Of a stretch of DNA of 36,442 nucleotides, positions 35,537 to 36,442 are shown piece by piece. How positions within the stretch are numbered: position 1 is the first letter of the stretch; each line of letters starts with the position of its first letter. The notes under the pieces are model-generated. The model saw only the letters and a program-made list of their open reading frames with translations. It ran no database searches and had not been told where the DNA came from. The position numbers and the translations under genes were made by a program. The stretch comes from an uncultured Burkholderiaceae bacterium (GTDB taxonomy: Bacteria; Pseudomonadota; Gammaproteobacteria; Burkholderiales; Burkholderiaceae_E), in contig CAYUYC010000002.1 in NCBI GenBank assembly GCA_964448945.1, positions 1 to 36,442 on the forward strand. The letters run 5' to 3'.

Positions 35537-36442
35537 ATGGCCACACGCACCATCAAGGCAGCACCCGAATCGATCTTCGTCTGGGAAGGCAAGGACAAAA
35601 TGGGGCGCATCGTCAAAGGCGAAATGCGCGCCGGCGGCGAAGCGGTGGTCATGGCCACCTTGCGTCGTCAGGGCATCCTGGCCACGAAGGTCAAGAAACA
35701 GACCTTTCGCAGCGGCAAGAAGATCTCCGAAAAGGACATCGCGATCTTCACGCGCCAACTCGCCACGATGATGAAGGCGGGCGTGCCTTTGCTGCAGGCC
35801 TTCGACATCACCGCGCGCGGCCACGGCAATCCGTCCGTGGCCAAGCTACTGACCGACATCCGCTCCGACGTCGAGACCGGATCGAGCCTGAACACTGCCT
35901 TTCGCAAGCACCCGCTGTACTTCGATGCATTGTTCTGCAACTTGATTGCCGCCGCGGAACAGGCCGGCATTCTTGAAACCCTGCTCGATCGCTTGGCCGA
36001 GTACAAGGAAAAGACCCTTGCGATCAAAGCCAAGATCAAGTCGGCCATGTTCTATCCGACCGCCGTGATGGTGGTCGCTGCGGTGATCACCGCGGTGATC
36101 ATGATTTTCGTGATCCCGGCATTCAAGGACGTGTTCAAGAACTTCGGGGCCGACCTGCCCGCGCCGACCGTGATGGTCATCGCGATGTCGGATTTCTTCG
36201 TGGCCTATTGGTACATCATTTTTGGCGCACTCGGCGGCGGCTTGTACTTCTTCTTCCAGTCATGGAAGCGATCGGCAAAGATGCAGCATGCGATCGACCG
36301 CTTCTTGCTGCGTGCCCCGGTCTTCGGTGACATCGTGAAGAAGGCGACGATCGCTCGCTGGACCCGAACGCTGTCGACGATGTTTGCCGCAGGCGTACCG
36401 TTGGTCGAAGCGCTCGATTCCGTCGGCGGCGCTTCCGGCAAC
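35537..36442 (+). CDS. pilC: Type IV pilus platform protein PilC (N-terminal ~300 aa; continues past the window end)
   Basis: Absent from the track because it is open-ended. ATG at 35537 after GGAG. Translation: MATRTIKAAPESIFVWEGKDKMGRIVKGEMRAGGEAVVMATLRRQGI...FTRQLATMMKAGVPLLQAFDI...FKNFGADLPAPT..., typical of the GspF/PilC family. Confidence 0.9.
   Translation, partial: MATRTIKAAPESIFVWEGKDKMGRIVKGEMRAGGEAVVMATLRRQGILATKVKKQTFRSGKKISEKDIAIFTRQLATMMKAGVPLLQAFDITARGHGNPSVAKLLTDIRSDVETGSSLNTAFRKHPLYFDALFCNLIAAAEQAGILETLLDRLAEYKEKTLAIKAKIKSAMFYPTAVMVVAAVITAVIMIFVIPAFKDVFKNFGADLPAPTVMVIAMSDFFVAYWYIIFGALGGGLYFFFQSWKRSAKMQHAIDRFLLRAPVFGDIVKKATIARWTRTLSTMFAAGVPLVEALDSVGGASGN

Overview
This is a high-GC chromosomal segment. 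My spot counts of single 60-nt lines give about 63-75 % GC in most genes. Gene content and order resemble the core genome of a Burkholderiales-type betaproteobacterium. That is an inference from synteny blocks (rplU-rpmA-obg-proB next to rppH/proS, ispB-tRNA-Pro-pilBC, yggS-pilT-pilU); I could not run a database search.

I call 36 protein genes, two of them cut by the window edges, plus one tRNA-Pro(CGG). In order they are: recG (partial), a KimA-like K+ transporter, a BON lipoprotein, ugpBAEC, ubiA, a small low-GC PD-(D/E)XK-like ORF, proC, putA and putR, yggS, pilT, pilU, a LuxR-type solo regulator, gpx, rlmJ, a NYN+LOTUS protein, a DUF2891-like protein, an OlsB-like acyltransferase, a DUF3047-like protein, a GtrA-like protein, ffh, a histone-H1-like/SWIB fusion protein, marC, an SLT transglycosylase, proS, rppH, proB, obg, rpmA, rplU, ispB, pilB and pilC (partial).

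I see no CRISPR array, transposase, integrase, IS ends, rRNA, or canonical defence or toxin-antitoxin system. The many long ORFs antisense to these genes are GC-driven shadow frames.

Nothing here is a clear multi-gene novel system. The candidates most worth a second look are:
- the Lys/Ala-repeat + SWIB/MDM2 nucleoid-type protein, which carries an internal 63-bp near-identical duplication;
- the roughly 50 % GC orphan nuclease-fold gene wedged with zero spacing between ubiA and proC;
- the NYN-LOTUS predicted RNase lying between a DUF2891-like gene and rlmJ;
- the LuxR solo with an unrecognised sensor domain;
- a structured leader in front of the KimA-like/BON pair;
- the compositionally distinct pilBC block after tRNA-Pro, which has no pilin gene.
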